From the NCBI GenBank assembly GCA_964016885.1, contig OZ024754.1, positions 3,658,001-3,722,000 on the forward strand: a DNA stretch of 64,000 nucleotides, given 5' to 3'. The translations under genes were made by a program, and so were the position numbers. Each line of letters begins with the position of its first letter. Within the stretch, counting starts at the first letter, position 1. This document shows, one piece after another, positions 1 to 14,312 of the stretch. Source of the stretch: Eledone cirrhosa (Eukaryota). The notes beneath the pieces were generated by a model, which had not been told where the DNA came from, did not search any database, and saw only the letters and a list, made by a program, of their open reading frames with translations.

Positions 1-2608
1 CTCACTTCTTTCTGTTCAAACCAGCTGTAACTGGTTGCTCATGTTTACATTAAGGTATTGTTCTCAAAATAAATAACACGAACATCTCATAGATTCGATG
101 TTATGTGAGATAATTATGTGAGGTAAAGCCTTTACAACAAACATACAATAGTATATATACAGTAATGTAAATGTTAAAGGGTTAAAGCATAAATTATTTT
201 GAAGATATTCGGCGTTTCTTTGGCCTAATCGTTAGAAAATGGAACAAATTACTTTGTGATATGTTGCCGGATTTTGGGTGATTTTTTTTATCACGCCGAG
301 GACACCTTTGCCTTACATCATTTCTGAATCAATAAATAATATACCAATCAAGCATTTTACACTAAATTACTGATCTCCTGTTCAACCTCCACAGTTGCTG
401 GCATTGTAAATAAAGTAGAAGCAATTATTTTATACGATCCCCTTTGTGAAGCAGATATTTAAGAAGTGAAAGGTGTTATCGCGTGCGTACAAGATGCACC
501 GTCAGTACTTTTAAGGAGAGAAATTCATTAATGTTCACTGTTCATTAATGAAGTGTATGGAATACATTCCTAAACTCTATATACCTCATATATGACAATT
601 CCGGAAGTTTTCCTGCTTGAAAAGTAATTTTCATCGTTCATCACTATTATTTTCCTTCTATCGTTATTATTATTATTTTTATTTTTTTCGTTAAAAAACC
701 CTATTTTTTTAAAATACTTTGTTCTATGTGTTGATGTTGAAAAGAATGTGCTATCGGCAGCAGATCATGACAGAAAGAAACAGCGAAAACTTTTCATCGG
801 GGTAGAAAGCAAGCATGCAAAAGCACAACTGAAAATAGATGCTATAAACAGATAAGCATCGAAAGATTTCCTAAGTTTACACAAGTTTAGATTAGACGAG
901 ATCATTATCAGTGTGGAAATGTGACAAATATTTTGGCAGGGTAAACAGAGAATATCAGAGAGATATTGTGAGGAGAGAAAACAGAGATGGATATAGAATT
1001 CAGTGAGGGGACTATGACAATGTTATACCGGGAGGGAGTGAAAGAGAGAGAGAAAAAGAGGGAGAGTGTGAATGAATTTGTGCGAAGGAAAGAGAGAGGA
1101 AATGATAGTGAGAGATAGAACGATTAACAGACAAAGTTTTCTTCTGTAGGCAATTAAAACGTTGAGGTTTTTAGATAAATATCGGCGATATATGTTTTGG
1201 AACAAGAGCTTGTTGAGGACATACACACTTGGGCTAATTAAAGGCAGGCAAAACGTTTTAATTCCTCTAATAACACTTACGAGTAAAAACGACGACGATG
1301 ATGAAGATGAGGGAAAAAATGACGATGGTGGTGGTGGTGGTGGTGGTGGTGGTGATGGTAATGTTATTAAATGCACTACTTTTTAGCAGAGGTAGATTTG
1401 ACTATCAACCGAGGTCCTAGAAAATTGAAAGGCAATGTTGACCCCTGTGGGATTGAAAACAAACACACACACAATAAAAAAAACTAACAATATTGGGCAT
1501 GGATTTTGCTAATCCTACGAATTTTACAGGCTCAACAATATTAGAGAAATATATATAGGCACAAAGAGAATTAATATGACGGGTGACGAAAAATTAGTCG
1601 ATTTAATTAGCCTCTGTTATTTGGCTGACACGTTATTTCATAAAGATTTGAAAGTTAGATTGCAAAGTCTAGTACTGGGGTCGATTCTTCCGCTATATCT
1701 CTTTCTCACTTTCTCTTTCTCACTGAGAAGAAATCTTCTGTGTTCAGACAAGGGGAAGGATGGGCTCCAGCAGGCTTTAAAAAGCCCAAGAAACGCCGCA
1801 TGTCGATATGGAATCTCTAAGACTCCATCAACAGTTAAATCATCAGAAAATACATTAAAACGATAGAGTTAAAGAAAGGTATGTTTGTTACAAGTCAGGT
1901 TTGTTTTAGAATCAGTAAGTATGCATCAAGCCAACAATACACATCACTATACTATTAAACAGATATAAGTTATTTGTATTTAATGACGACCAATCAATAT
2001 TGCACAAATATTTATCTTATGTTCAGATCTGAACCTAAGTTAAATATCAACACAGCAAAAACACTGAAATAGATATATAGAAAACAACACAGACAAATAT
2101 ATAAGTGTATGTATTTATGGACACCTTTGATTTATATATATACATACGTATATATATATATGTGTGTATGTGTACGTGTGAGTGTACATATATATATATA
2201 TACATATATATATCTATATATATATATATCTATATATATATACGCTTATATATTTTTACGTCTATGTACATATGTAATATATATATATATATATATAAAT
2301 ATTTATATTCGCATTCTCACCTAAGGTTATGAAACTATTTGGTCCACTTATACGCACATAATCAATAAACAATGATGAGATGCAATGCTTCAGCTGAGTA
2401 AGATATCTTATAAATATATCTAACAACGTACATGAATGTTGCCGTAGCCACACGGGGAACATATATTAAGGAACGTCTCAAGAGAAATCAAATATGAAGA
2501 GGGAGAAATCAACTCGGAGCAAAGATAAGAGATTTCCCTTAAGAAAAGTGAAAGAAACCTATAATATAGGTTAAACTTAGGTAATTCTAAAACAACAATA
2601 TACCTATA

Positions 2609-2643
<35 letters not shown>

Positions 2644-2698
2644 GCATTGTCTAAACATATATATATATACGTATATATATATATACATATATATATAC

Positions 2699-2761
<63 letters not shown>

Positions 2762-2808
2762 CATTGTCTAAACATATATATATATATACGTATATATATA
2801 TATACATC

Positions 2809-2866
<58 letters not shown>

Positions 2867-2878
2867 CATATATATATA

Positions 2879-2919
<41 letters not shown>

Positions 2920-3220
2920 CTCTAAAGGATATATTCTATATTTTAAAACTACTTTCTATTCTGTTTATCAAAGTTTCATAAGATTGACTTTACTTCAAAC
3001 ATATCATTTTGAATGTCTCAGTGTAGGAAATTAAAAGTTATTCTCTTGTATAAAGGCAAGTGTCTTATACAAATGTAAACACTCGTTTCTACCTACAAAT
3101 CCTTACATGTAGATGTGTGAACACACGCGAGTAACATTTATATTTCAAGCAGATATTCAATAAGCATACAAGGATAATTGTCGTATATTTAAGTATCAAC
3201 AGCAACAGGGAATTGATAAA

Positions 3221-4044
3221 TGTGTCCGGACACGGAAGACCCGAAATCCCACTTTCATCGCCTCCATCTCTCTCGTCCTACCCATCTCTTTGTATTATGA
3301 GAAAATCGGGTCGTACGTGCTGGCCGCCCCACCCCACGGGCCCGGCGGACTGAATGGAGAAGGCGTTTCCCCAGAGGATGGTAAGAGAGCTGCGTTGGAG
3401 GAGCCATTCCATCTAGCGAGGCCCACACCTGTGGCTAGCCAGCTCAGCACCTATGGTGCTAAGGAGGGAGGTAGCCCTAGGGCCAAGGACAACAGAAGTC
3501 TCCACTGCTGGGGGCACGACCGCACACCTGTCGGAGAGCGATCGATATTTAAACGAATCTTCATCGTTTTTCTTATTATGTAGACTCTGGCTGCGCATCA
3601 TGTGCTCATATTGGTACCTCCACACGAAATTTACTCTGTCGCACTGGCTCCGGTGACTCCACAAATCAAAGAAGTACTCGATGCATTGGAATATTAATAA
3701 GAGTAGAGGAACGACCGCATGTTCGGTGGTCTCAACAGGTTTGCGGTCGTGACCCTAGCAGTAGAGACTTCTGGTGTTTGGCCCTGGGGCTACCTGCCTG
3801 CTTACCTCCATAAGCGATGAGCTGGCCAGCGGCAAGTGTGAGCCTCGCGAGATGGAATGACTATTCCAGCGCATCTCCCTTACCATCCTCCGGGGAAACG
3901 CCTTCTCCATTCTGTTCGCCAGGGCCGTGGGGCGTCCAGCACGTGGGAGCCCATTTGTTCATAATACAGAGAGATGCGGAGGGGGGGGGGGGGGGAGCGG
4001 TGGAGACGATGACAGTGGAAGTTCGGCTCTTCCATGTTCAAAAC
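3221..4044. mobile_element. GC-rich long-inverted-repeat (MITE/foldback-like) element; arms about 3224-3546 and 3723-4044
   Basis: The arms are diverged reverse complements (e.g. gaatggagaaggcgtttccccagaggatggtaag vs cttaccatcctccggggaaacgccttctccattc). Further fragments occur at 8469 and 56046. Confidence 0.75.
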
Positions 4045-4557
4045 TGGAGTGAAGCGTCAGTTGCCCGTAACGAAGTAGTGATTTGTACTTACCGAAGGTT
4101 TTCAGAACCTTGTGTTTGCGATACCTCGTATGTATTATTATATATATGGGTTCAACGTAATCCTGTCTCTAGTTATCTCTTCAGAGATGACGTAAGCAGT
4201 CGAAAATAAATCTTACATCGAAAACAGTACTGTTATTATATTTCCAGACGTCCTTTCATATCAAGGTCCAACATCTGACAATATATTTTATTTCTAAAAT
4301 GTTGTTTCCTTTAAAACCATTTGAAGTGAAACCTATTCATTAAGAAAAGGAATTCTTTTTATAATTCTTTCATATTTCTCAATTGTATATTTAATTTTAA
4401 CTGCTTCTAATTTTCTAAATTATAATTAGTATTAATGTTGTTATGGTTACTATAAATTACCAATATTTGTATTATTGCTGTTGGTGGTGTTTTTATTTTC
4501 AAATGTATTGTCAATATTGTTTCCTTTGTTATTCCCGAGGGCTCTGATTATTTTTAG

Positions 4558-4690
4558 ATACTGTACCGTTTCAAAGTGGAAGAAAAATTTTCATTTGGAA
4601 TAATACACAGTGGGTATTTCTGGAGAAAATTGGTGTTTATCTACAGTAAAGCAAACAGAAGTGTGTTTTCTAACTGCTATAACACCTCGG
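4558..4690 (+). CDS. Candidate internal exon (133 nt, phase 0 to 1), ILYRFKVEEKFSFGIIHSGYFWRKLVFIYSKANRSVFSNCYNTS(G); product unknown
   Basis: Acceptor ttatttttag|A and strong donor CGG|gtgagt, with one open frame. No recognised homology. Confidence 0.35.
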
Positions 4691-5066
4691 GTGAGTTTGT
4701 AAACAATGACGTCCAAAATAACAACAAAACTCTACCACACACCCACACACCAACATGTATATTCACTACACACAAACTGTATATAGCAAATACTTACGAC
4801 AGAATCCAATGAAATGATTCATTGTTCGTCACAGGACACACGTAAAACTAGTTGAGAGAAACAATGACAATATACCAGCAGTGGCAACACAAACATATTG
4901 CTTTCACCGTGCAAAGGGGACCTCAAATTGCGATACAAATATTAGTTCTCGGGTGCTGGAACTTCTATAACAAATGGGTGTTAGTAAATTGCATGAGACA
5001 ATACCAGTTTGGAAGGCCTCTGTAAAGAAGGAATGCGTCATTCTAATTTTCGACATTTTTAAAGGA

Positions 5067-5267
5067 TTAATCGTTTTTACTTTAGGCACAAAGCCAGCAA
5101 TTTTAGGGTAGACGAAAAGTCGATTAACTCGACCCTAGTGCATGATTGGTACTTTATTTTATCGATTCGTAAGAATGAAAGGCAGAACTAACCTCGGCGT
5201 GATCTGAACTCATACAGACATCGAAGTAATACCACACTATGTACTCTCTTAATCCGCCAATCCTGCC
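5067..5267 (-). mobile_element. tRNA-derived SINE family A, old diverged copy
   Basis: Reverse complement of the SINE-A core (ggtactttattttatcga...gaaaggca...aacctcggcg...gaactc). Confidence 0.75.
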
Positions 5268-5734
5268 CACATTGACTGGTAACTTAAATAGCAAACATGT
5301 AATAATGCAAGCGAGGGTTGAGTTCGTCCGCATTTCCCGGAATCAAAGCTGTTGTCATAATCATAATGAAGCATTGTTACACTAAGATTCACATGTCATT
5401 GAACGCTTAACAGCACTTCTGATCAACAATGAAAGTGTTAGTAAACTTAATCGGATATAGACTTAGAATAAATTACATACATGTACTTTGTCTTATCACA
5501 CTTTCAAAATATGTCGTTTGACTATTAAATTATTTCTCACGTTTCCAGCGTGTTTATGCTGAAAGATATTTATTGTTTAGAATTTCGATATATAGTTTCT
5601 ATATTTATACGCGCACACATATACAAGCATACATTCACACATAAATATATATATATAGATCTATACACACATACAGACACACCTAAAAATATATGTGTGT
5701 GTCTGTTTACACACACACACATATATATATATAT

Positions 5735-5803
<69 letters not shown>

Positions 5804-5825
5804 AAAACAAATAACGAAACGAAAT

Positions 5826-5877
<52 letters not shown>

Positions 5878-5902
5878 AAGATATCTAAACACATTCACAC
5901 AC

Positions 5903-5947
<45 letters not shown>

Positions 5948-6391
5948 AAAGTATGCAGATGATTACATGTGTTCTTGTGTTTTATAGATGTATATCTCCT
6001 TGTTTCTAGTGATCGATAATGCCAGGACTTCAAATTTAATATCAAACTGAGATAATTTTAAATCAGAAATGAGCCAGCTACAAGCAAATTCGTGACTAAA
6101 TTTCGAAATATATCATAAGCACTCTTTACAATATCCTATATATTTACTATGATGTATTCGAGGTAGTTTTTGCAAACGACCAATCCTTGGTTATATTCAT
6201 TTTCTTTGTTTTACTCTTAGTGCGCCTGCTTAACAGGCAATTGGTGTATCACTCGACTCAACAACTGATAAGACACATACACATGTAGCACTGTATCTGT
6301 AGATACATAGTTATGAAAATATGTACAGGACTTTGCATATGTGTATGGATGCATATGTATACAGTGTGGGTGAGTGCGCGTTTGTGTGTGT

Positions 6392-6490
<99 letters not shown>

Positions 6491-6576
6491 GTTTGTCAGT
6501 CAGGAACCAGATTCATATGCGAATATGTCTTTAAAATATGTACACACTTATTTCATTTAACTCCGTTTCTACTGAT

Positions 6577-6615
<39 letters not shown>

Positions 6616-6673
6616 TATATATATATTTATGTATGCACACACATACATACACACACCGACCCACACACACTCG

Positions 6674-6744
<71 letters not shown>

Positions 6745-6841
6745 TTATGTATGCACACACATACATGCACACACCCACCCAACACACACACACACATATA
6801 TATATATACACACACTCACACATATATATATATATATATAT

Positions 6842-6887
<46 letters not shown>

Positions 6888-7244
6888 CTATATATATATA
6901 CATAGAGAGAGAGGGGGGAATAAGATATATCCATGCATACACACATTGTACGGAATATGTTTTCAAACAAAATCATTTGTATTTATGCCAAAGATTCCCA
7001 GGCCATATACATGATAAAACATAAAAGAGATCTTTTATAGAATGTCTTCTAAATTTCTAGTAAATTCTCTCCAAAAGTAATTCTTTCATCTTTGAATGAA
7101 AATAAATAAAAACAGAAACAAACAAACCAGGCAAAGTAAATACATTTAAACGATCGATGATATAGAAATATAATTGCTATGGTAATAATGATTAATATAA
7201 TGATACTATGAATAATGTCAATAATAACAACAATAAATATACTG

Positions 7245-7432
7245 ATAATAATTGGTTTACTTTTTGGCACAAGGCCAGCAATTACCCAGTGCATTACTGG
7301 TACTTTATTTTATCGACCCCCGTAAGGATGTAAGGCAAAGTTTAACCTCGGCGGGATTTGAACTCAGAATGGCAAGGGCCGTAACTCTATTCTGGAAAGC
7401 ATGGCGTCCGACCCTCTACCGACACTGCCAAA
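7245..7432 (-). mobile_element. SINE family A
   Basis: Near full-length match to the copies at 48106 and 62770. Confidence 0.9.
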
Positions 7433-7434
7433 TA

Positions 7435-8110
7435 ATGATGGTTAACAACAATAATAAGAACAATAAAAGTAATAAAAATGATAATTGTAATGAGGATGAT
7501 GATCATGATGATGATAATGATGATGATGATTGCTGGTGATCATGATGGTGATAATGGTGTCGATTATGGTGATAATGATGATGATGGTGATGGTGATAGA
7601 TGATGATGACGATGATGATGATGATGGTGGTGATGGTGATGATGATGATGAAGAAGATGATTATGATGGTGATGGTGATGATAAAAATGCTGATTGTTGA
7701 TGGTGGTGATGATGTTGATGATGAAGAAGATGATTATGATGGTGATGGTGATGATTGTTTCTACTTTTGGCACAAAGCCAGCACTACCCCAGTGTATTAC
7801 TGGTACTTTATTTTATCAACCCCGTAAGGATGAAAGGCAAAGTTAACCTCGACGGCATTTGAACTCAAAATGGCAAGGGCCGTAACTCTATGCGTCAAAG
7901 CATGGCGTCCGACCCTCTACCGACACTGCCAATCCACCGCCCTGTGGTGATAATAATGATGACGACGACGATGATGATTATGAGGATGATGATGATGATG
8001 ATGATGATGTTGGTGGTAGTGATAATGATGGTGGTGATGATGATGATAATAATAACGGTGAAATGCCATGGTGATAATGATACTGACGATGGCGATGATG
8101 ATGATGATAT
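7435..8110. repeat. Imperfect (GAT/GGT)n trinucleotide tracts interrupted by a SINE
   Basis: Seen directly. Confidence 0.9.
7753..7942 (-). mobile_element. SINE family A
   Basis: Full-length copy; shares the subfamily variant aatggcaagggccgtaactctat with the 7245 and 21050 copies. Confidence 0.9.
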
Positions 8111-8209
8111 TGGGAAAATTCGTTGAAGATATATTTACATGTGCTTCATTTTAATATCTCATTATATTAAATTATAAACTGTTAATATCTCATTATCGTG
8201 TATGGAATT

Positions 8210-8262
8210 AAGTACCAGTAATACACTGGGCAATTGCTGGCCTTGTGCCAAAAGTAGAAACA
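8210..8262 (+). mobile_element. 5'-truncated SINE-A 3' end with 18-bp TSD
   Basis: attatcgtgtatggaatt is repeated at 8192-8209 and 8263-8280 around the SINE tail. Confidence 0.85.
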
Positions 8263-8325
8263 ATTATCGTGTATGGAATTCGTCACAGTTAAAATATGTG
8301 CTTAATTCACGTAAAGATGGCAGCG

Positions 8326-8468
8326 ATTAGTATAGTACTTATAGTATTTAGAATTAGTATAGCACTCATAGTATTCAGAATTAGTATAGCACTCATAGTA
8401 TTCAGAATTAGTATAGCACTCATAGTATTCAGAATTAGTATAGCACTCATAGTATTCAGAATTAGTAT
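8326..8468 (+). repeat. 27-bp tandem repeat (attagtatagcactcatagtattcaga) x5.3
   Basis: Four identical units, one variant unit and a partial unit. Confidence 0.95.
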
Positions 8469-8600
8469 GCTGAGCTGGCCGGCCGCAGATGTGAGCCCCG
8501 CGAGTTGGAGTGGCTTTTCCAGCGCGTCTCCCTTGCCGTCCTCCGGGGAAACGCCTTCTCCATTCTGTCCGCCGAGGCTGTGGGTGGGCCCCATCGCGTA
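8469..8600 (+). mobile_element. Fragment of the GC-rich long-IR family (see 3221-4044)
   Basis: Shares cctccggggaaacgccttctccattctg with about 3886-3914. Confidence 0.8.
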
Positions 8601-8974
8601 CCGTTGTAGTTGTTGTATATATATATGTATATATATACAGCCAGATCATTTCGAGATAGATGCTTCATATAGGACACTAGGTGAAGCGTGTCTGAAGAAC
8701 CTTCAATGAATAAGAGGGTGGAGAATAAGAAAAAGAAGCAACAGTAGTAGAAGTTTTCACATGAAGCAAGATGAGAGAAAATATTGAATTATTTTATATA
8801 ATTGTATGTCATGTCATTTAATTGGGACTTTCAATGAATACATATCTGCATGTATGTATGTATACACACACGTGTATGTGTGTGTGTGTGTCTATATTCA
8901 CTATTTTCTACAAATTGCTTTAGTTTGACATTTTTAAATAAAAAGGCGGACTTATAATTACATATATACAGTAA

Positions 8975-9040
<66 letters not shown>

Positions 9041-9041
<1 letters not shown>

Positions 9042-9047
9042 GAGTGT

Positions 9048-9109
<62 letters not shown>

Positions 9110-9116
9110 ACACTCA
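9041..9116. repeat. Perfect palindrome tgagtgttga-(TA)n-tcaacactca
   Basis: Seen directly. Confidence 0.85.
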
Positions 9117-9600
9117 GCCTTTTAACGACATATCTAATTAACGTCTTTTACATGAAAGAAAATGTTATACGAAAAAAAAAAAAAAAAAAAGATAGGTATT
9201 AAAGTTATATCAATGAAATCTGCAGGGCTAAATACCCACTTTAAATGTGATTCGAACCACTAGAGTAATATTTTAAGTAATATTTTGCTTGTAAGCGAAA
9301 CTGTTTTCATGATTTTAATTAGATCTGCATTTAGCTTAATTAGAACGTAACCTACATTTGCCGACCGGAGGAAGAAAATAAAAATATAGCCGGATCTAAA
9401 ATACATTGAATAAACAGATCACAATATATATATTAGTAACACTTAAAAATGTTAATGACATATTTCAAGTTAATCCATTTGGTTTACATTAAAAGTAATA
9501 AAAGAAATTGAGAGAGGGTTACATTTCTAATGAAACAAAACTCCGTCATCCCGGGTTCGATTCATCGTTGACATTTTATTCCATTATTTTTATCTAAATT

Positions 9601-9774
9601 CGGTGGAGAGTCGCACTCCATGCTCTCCAGCATGGAGTAACGGCTCTTTACGATCCGAGTTCAGATCAGGCCGAGGTTAACTTTGCCTTTCATCCTTACG
9701 AGGTCGATAAAATAAAGCACCAGTAATACACTGGGATTATTGCTGGCCTTGTGCTAAAAGTTGAAAGAATTATT
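9601..9774 (+). mobile_element. SINE family A
   Basis: Core gaggttaactttgcctttcatccttacgaggtcgataaaataaag plus the family tail. Confidence 0.85.
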
Positions 9775-10207
9775 TTTATCTATATTATAATATATTTGTA
9801 ACGTGCATTAGAGTAAGAACATATATTTGCAAGATCAGTGAATTTATTGAGACGGCGGAAATATGCTCTTAAAATTTTTGAAACATCCTATATCAAGTTT
9901 TTCCTTTATTTTTCTTTAAATGCAGCACATTTATTGGAGAGGATTAGTAACATTTCTTCCCTTAACTCAACGTTTTGTTGAACACTTTTCTTCAAATTTT
10001 AAAATACGGATGCCACGGAGGCCAGGTTCTTTGTAGTAACATTTACCGAAGCCATCCAGTCTAGGCCAAAGACGCAGTTCAATTATCCCAGACATCAATG
10101 TCCAGGATTTTACACTCTCCTAGGGTGTATAACGACTGATTCAACTATATGAAGCTTTCACAATTCCAATAACTGAAATTCATAGTTATAGGAATTGTGA
10201 GAGCTTA

Positions 10208-10236
<29 letters not shown>

Positions 10237-10238
<2 letters not shown>

Positions 10239-10451
10239 TCGATCGACTTTCGTCAAATCGGACCGAGGAAACAATGTTTCCATCGGTCTTTCCAGTTGCT
10301 AGTACTATCTATCGGTCGCAACTCCAGGTAGAAGGAGCGACGCGAAATAAAATGTCTTGCTCAAGGACATAACGCATCGACCGGTCCAGGACTCGAATCC
10401 ACAACCTCAAGATTGTGAATCCAATTCTCTAACCACCCAGCCTCACGCCTT
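10237..10451 (-). mobile_element. tRNA-derived SINE family B
   Basis: Minus strand has A-box-like ggctgggtggttag, B-box-like ggattcgagtcc, then tgtccttgagcaagaca. A second copy lies at 26885. Confidence 0.8.
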
Positions 10452-10577
<126 letters not shown>

Positions 10578-11027
10578 CACAGAATGTGTGACGAAATAGG
10601 TTTGACAATATATAAACAACCTTCCGGTTTTCGAACCAACCAACCGGAAATTTATAATAAATTGAATTGAAAATCGACAGGGGCGTGTGATTTTATTGGC
10701 AACATGACCCTCCCAAAGTATAACAATATCTGTTTCAACACTCGTTTTCAGATAAGAAATCTTACAAAGCACATTCAAAAATTAATTATATATATATATA
10801 TACATACATATACAAATATATATATACACACACACACACGCACATACACATACACAAGTCTTCTGAATAATTTTAATATGTGTATCTTTAATAGAACATT
10901 TTATTCATCAATTATTCCTTCCTTGGGAATTGAAGAATGAGTTATGTTCTACTAATGATTATCCACTCTGTATATTTTATTATTTCGGAATTGATTAAAT
11001 TTAATTAATTTCTTGTTTTTTTCTTAG

Positions 11028-11089
11028 GATTCTGGACAGTTTCATTAGCAACAGACATCAAAATAATAGAAGAATACGAATTATATATG
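11028..11089 (+). CDS. Candidate internal exon (62 nt, phase 1 to 0), (G)FWTVSLATDIKIIEEYELYM; product unknown
   Basis: Long pyrimidine tract ending ttttttcttag|G and donor ATG|gtatgt; phase-compatible with 4558-4690. Confidence 0.4.
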
Positions 11090-11382
11090 GTATGTTTAAA
11101 CTTCGAAGGTGGAACTGGTTCAAGTAAAGACCTTTCAAATTACCACACTGATATTATTTTCTTTTATTCATAAGAGTGGCGGGGATAATTTGAAGTTGAG
11201 AGACATAGAGTGTTTGTAGTAATCGTGTCAGTGGGCATTCTATGGCACTAGTGAAATTGTGTCATCATAAACCCTTCTTTGGCGTTGTATTGTTTTCTTC
11301 CTGCGATTTCAGTTGAAATACTTATCTTGTGTACTACTTGGGACATTATAAACCCATGTAATTCATTCTAAATTTGTCCATC

Positions 11383-11562
11383 ACAGCGATGCCAACCTCT
11401 AAAAATCCCAACGAGAAGTGCCATGAAAAAAAGTGCCCCCAAAAGGGGAGAAATGGGGCAAAATGGGGATATTTTACATAATGAAAGCTATACCTATTTT
11501 CAAAAGAGAAGACAAAGTAGGGGAGAGATCTCCCCGTCGGACGAGGATAGTTGACAGGTCGG
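11383..11562. mobile_element. Possible decayed hAT-type MITE
   Basis: Ends cagcgatgccaac...gttgacaggtcg loosely resemble each other and CAGGGTTGCCA-type TIRs. Weak. Confidence 0.25.
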
Positions 11563-12523
11563 CGCCCCCAGATTTCACGTACGACAGCATCATACATGGT
11601 TAGTTTTAAAGTGTGTAACATACATATATATTTGGCTCGAATTTTGTGCGAGACCGCAGAACTGATTATTCTGTCGTTAGACTGGTTTAAAAAAATGTAT
11701 TATTCATAATTAGAAAATAAAATAAAAAAAGAAAGGACTTGGAACAAAAGTGGCGCTAGACTTTTAATATAATTATATCTTATAATTTTTTTGTTATTCT
11801 TATAAATATTCACTGAATGGCAATTCAAGTATCAATTATGGTCCGCTAATCATTATCCATTCTTTATAAATCGCTATTTCGGAAATGATTTAATTATTTT
11901 TTTTTTTGTATTCAGTGGAGGGGGAAGAATCTGAAGGTAAGAGATGTAGCAAGTTTTGTAGCAATCATGTTAGTAGGTTTTCTGCTGTGGCATTATATAA
12001 ACTATGTCTTGCTAAAGGTTTCTGTGGTGTTGCAGTGCTGAAGTTTTGCGATTTCAATCGAAATTCTTATTAATGTGGACGTCTTAATATCTATACCGTG
12101 AACGGTAAAAGGGTTTTTCTAGATTTATTGAAAAATTGCCAAACGCTCTAATGTTGAAACAAGAATTAGTGAACACTGAAAAGAAATTAAAAATCTGCTC
12201 CGGGTATAACATAGTGAAAGGTGATAAGGCAGCATGTGAAATAAACACATTTCTTTTTCTTTATATTTTCTAACGGTAGAATAAAAGAATATATTTTCTG
12301 AAATCTTATTGCGGGGAATAGGTTCTCCACATGCACCGAGTGAAACAGAAGGAGAACATATGAATCAGAGGCAGCATGCTATGTCAATAAGCAGCATTGA
12401 GATTTATCTTTAGAATATTGATAAAGATATAAGAAGATATCAAAATACAAATTAAAGACACACTCAGAAAACTACGTATCTCTATTAGTGAGTTTACATA
12501 TGGATGTATCTGCACACACACAC

Positions 12524-12627
<104 letters not shown>

Positions 12628-12643
12628 ATTATATATATATATA

Positions 12644-12727
12644 CAAGAAGTATAAACACTTCAAGAGCATTCTAATTAATATTGTATACGTAATCAAAAT
12701 GCATATAGAATTTTTTGGGACATCCTG
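12644..12727. mobile_element. Decayed Tc1/mariner-type MITE (same family as 58617-58716)
   Basis: Ends tttttgggacatcctg-TA, with internal similarity to the 58617 copy. Confidence 0.55.
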
Positions 12728-12786
12728 TATATATATATATATATATATATATATTGATATATATATAACAGGTGGATTGACTATGT

Positions 12787-12847
12787 ATATTTCTGATGAG
12801 TTCGTACGTATTAAACTGTAAAAGTCTTGTAAAAGTCATTTCTATAA
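12787..12847 (+). ncRNA. Degenerate hammerhead ribozyme remnant (family C)
   Basis: CTGATGA...TAAA(for GAAA)c...agtcttgTAaaagtcatttctata aligns with the 18465 and 50350 copies. Confidence 0.4.
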
Positions 12848-12866
12848 TAATAATAATAAGTATAAG

Positions 12867-12912
<46 letters not shown>

Positions 12913-13160
12913 TATGTACTGATTACATAGTTTCCTTATACCGATATACGGCTGGTGTATACAAATATAGAGAAAGAGAAGCATACAGAGAGACAAGCTT
13001 GCACAAGTAATGCATAGCTGATAACTTTATACATACATTTCTCTCTCTTTCTTACATACCCTCATTCTTTCCCTTCCCCTCTCTCACATGATATATATAT
13101 ATATATATATATATATACAGCGAGAGAGAGAGAGAGAGAGAGATAAATAGATAGATAGAT

Positions 13161-13212
<52 letters not shown>

Positions 13213-13682
13213 TCGTATATATATATAATATATATTATATATGTATATATATATATATATATAAATACTTCATATTTATATATAAGAATCTTTCTGAATG
13301 CCTATATGTATCATTTTTAATATACGGATTCCATTCAAATCCAAAAGTTTGTTTCAAAAGAGTACATCTAATCAAATAATCCACATTAATGGAAAAGTTC
13401 TTAGCCTTCCTAGGAATTCGCTTGTAAACCATATTTGTTTGTTGAAAACAAACAATATCTGCTCTTCTTTTACCTGATTCGAATGTATCATACTTGGATC
13501 TGAACTCTACGTAGAAGATAATACGTGCATACAGATGAAGCTCTCTCTCTCCTCTCTCACTCTCTTATCTATATTTATCAATGTATGTATACATTATGTG
13601 TATTATATATATATATGAAGGGTATGTATATGTACATATATATATTGGGGAGTATGTATATGTGTATATATATATATATGTG

Positions 13683-13723
<41 letters not shown>

Positions 13724-14113
13724 GAATATATCTCTAGCTATCTATCTGTATATACTTCATCTTATCGAGGTATTTGATCATGTTTGTGAACATAGGATCA
13801 ATATGTAGTCGATAGTATGACGCTAGGTTCTATTTTACTAAAATCAGTTGCAATTCTACCCCCACAATATATAACAGGTACTATATTTTCTTCATAATCT
13901 CGAACATGAACGGACAAATGAGCAACGAGTTGGTCTTCTACCACACCGAACAGTTTCTCTCTATATGATATTAACAAATAATGTTATAGGCGATCAATTG
14001 GTTGGGTGGCTAGTGCAACGAATTAAATGTATTTGTTTCGCTGAGCTGAGATTCAATTTCAAATCCACCTTATGTTTCCTTTTTCTTTCGTCATTTTGGA
14101 TTTTAATATTTCA

Positions 14114-14312
14114 GAGTTAGAATCGGTAGAGAATCGGCCAACATGTTTTATGGCATAGAGTTAGCCTCTTTACCATCTGTGTTCAAACCAAGCCTAGCTT
14201 AGCTTTGCCTTTCATCTTTACGGGGTCGATAAGATAAGGTGCTGGGGTAGATTTTAATCGTCTTTCCTCTCCCTCAAAATTCTGACCTTGTGCCTAAATC
14301 AGAAACCAATAT
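14114..14312 (+). mobile_element. SINE family A-related, diverged
   Basis: ctttgcctttcatctttacggggtcgataagataag core and ccttgtgcctaaatcagaaac tail. Confidence 0.75.

Noticed and set aside
8326-8468. CRISPR-like appearance of the 27-bp repeats
   Set aside because: The units are head-to-tail with no unique spacers, and the context is eukaryotic.
9900-10070. Possible decayed mariner 3' end on the minus strand
   Set aside because: Only a vague KCVELRGEY-like similarity, with no TIR identified.
11165-12072. Diverged ~160-bp direct repeat (11165-11325 and 11910-12072)
   Set aside because: Too decayed to classify, with no LTR termini.
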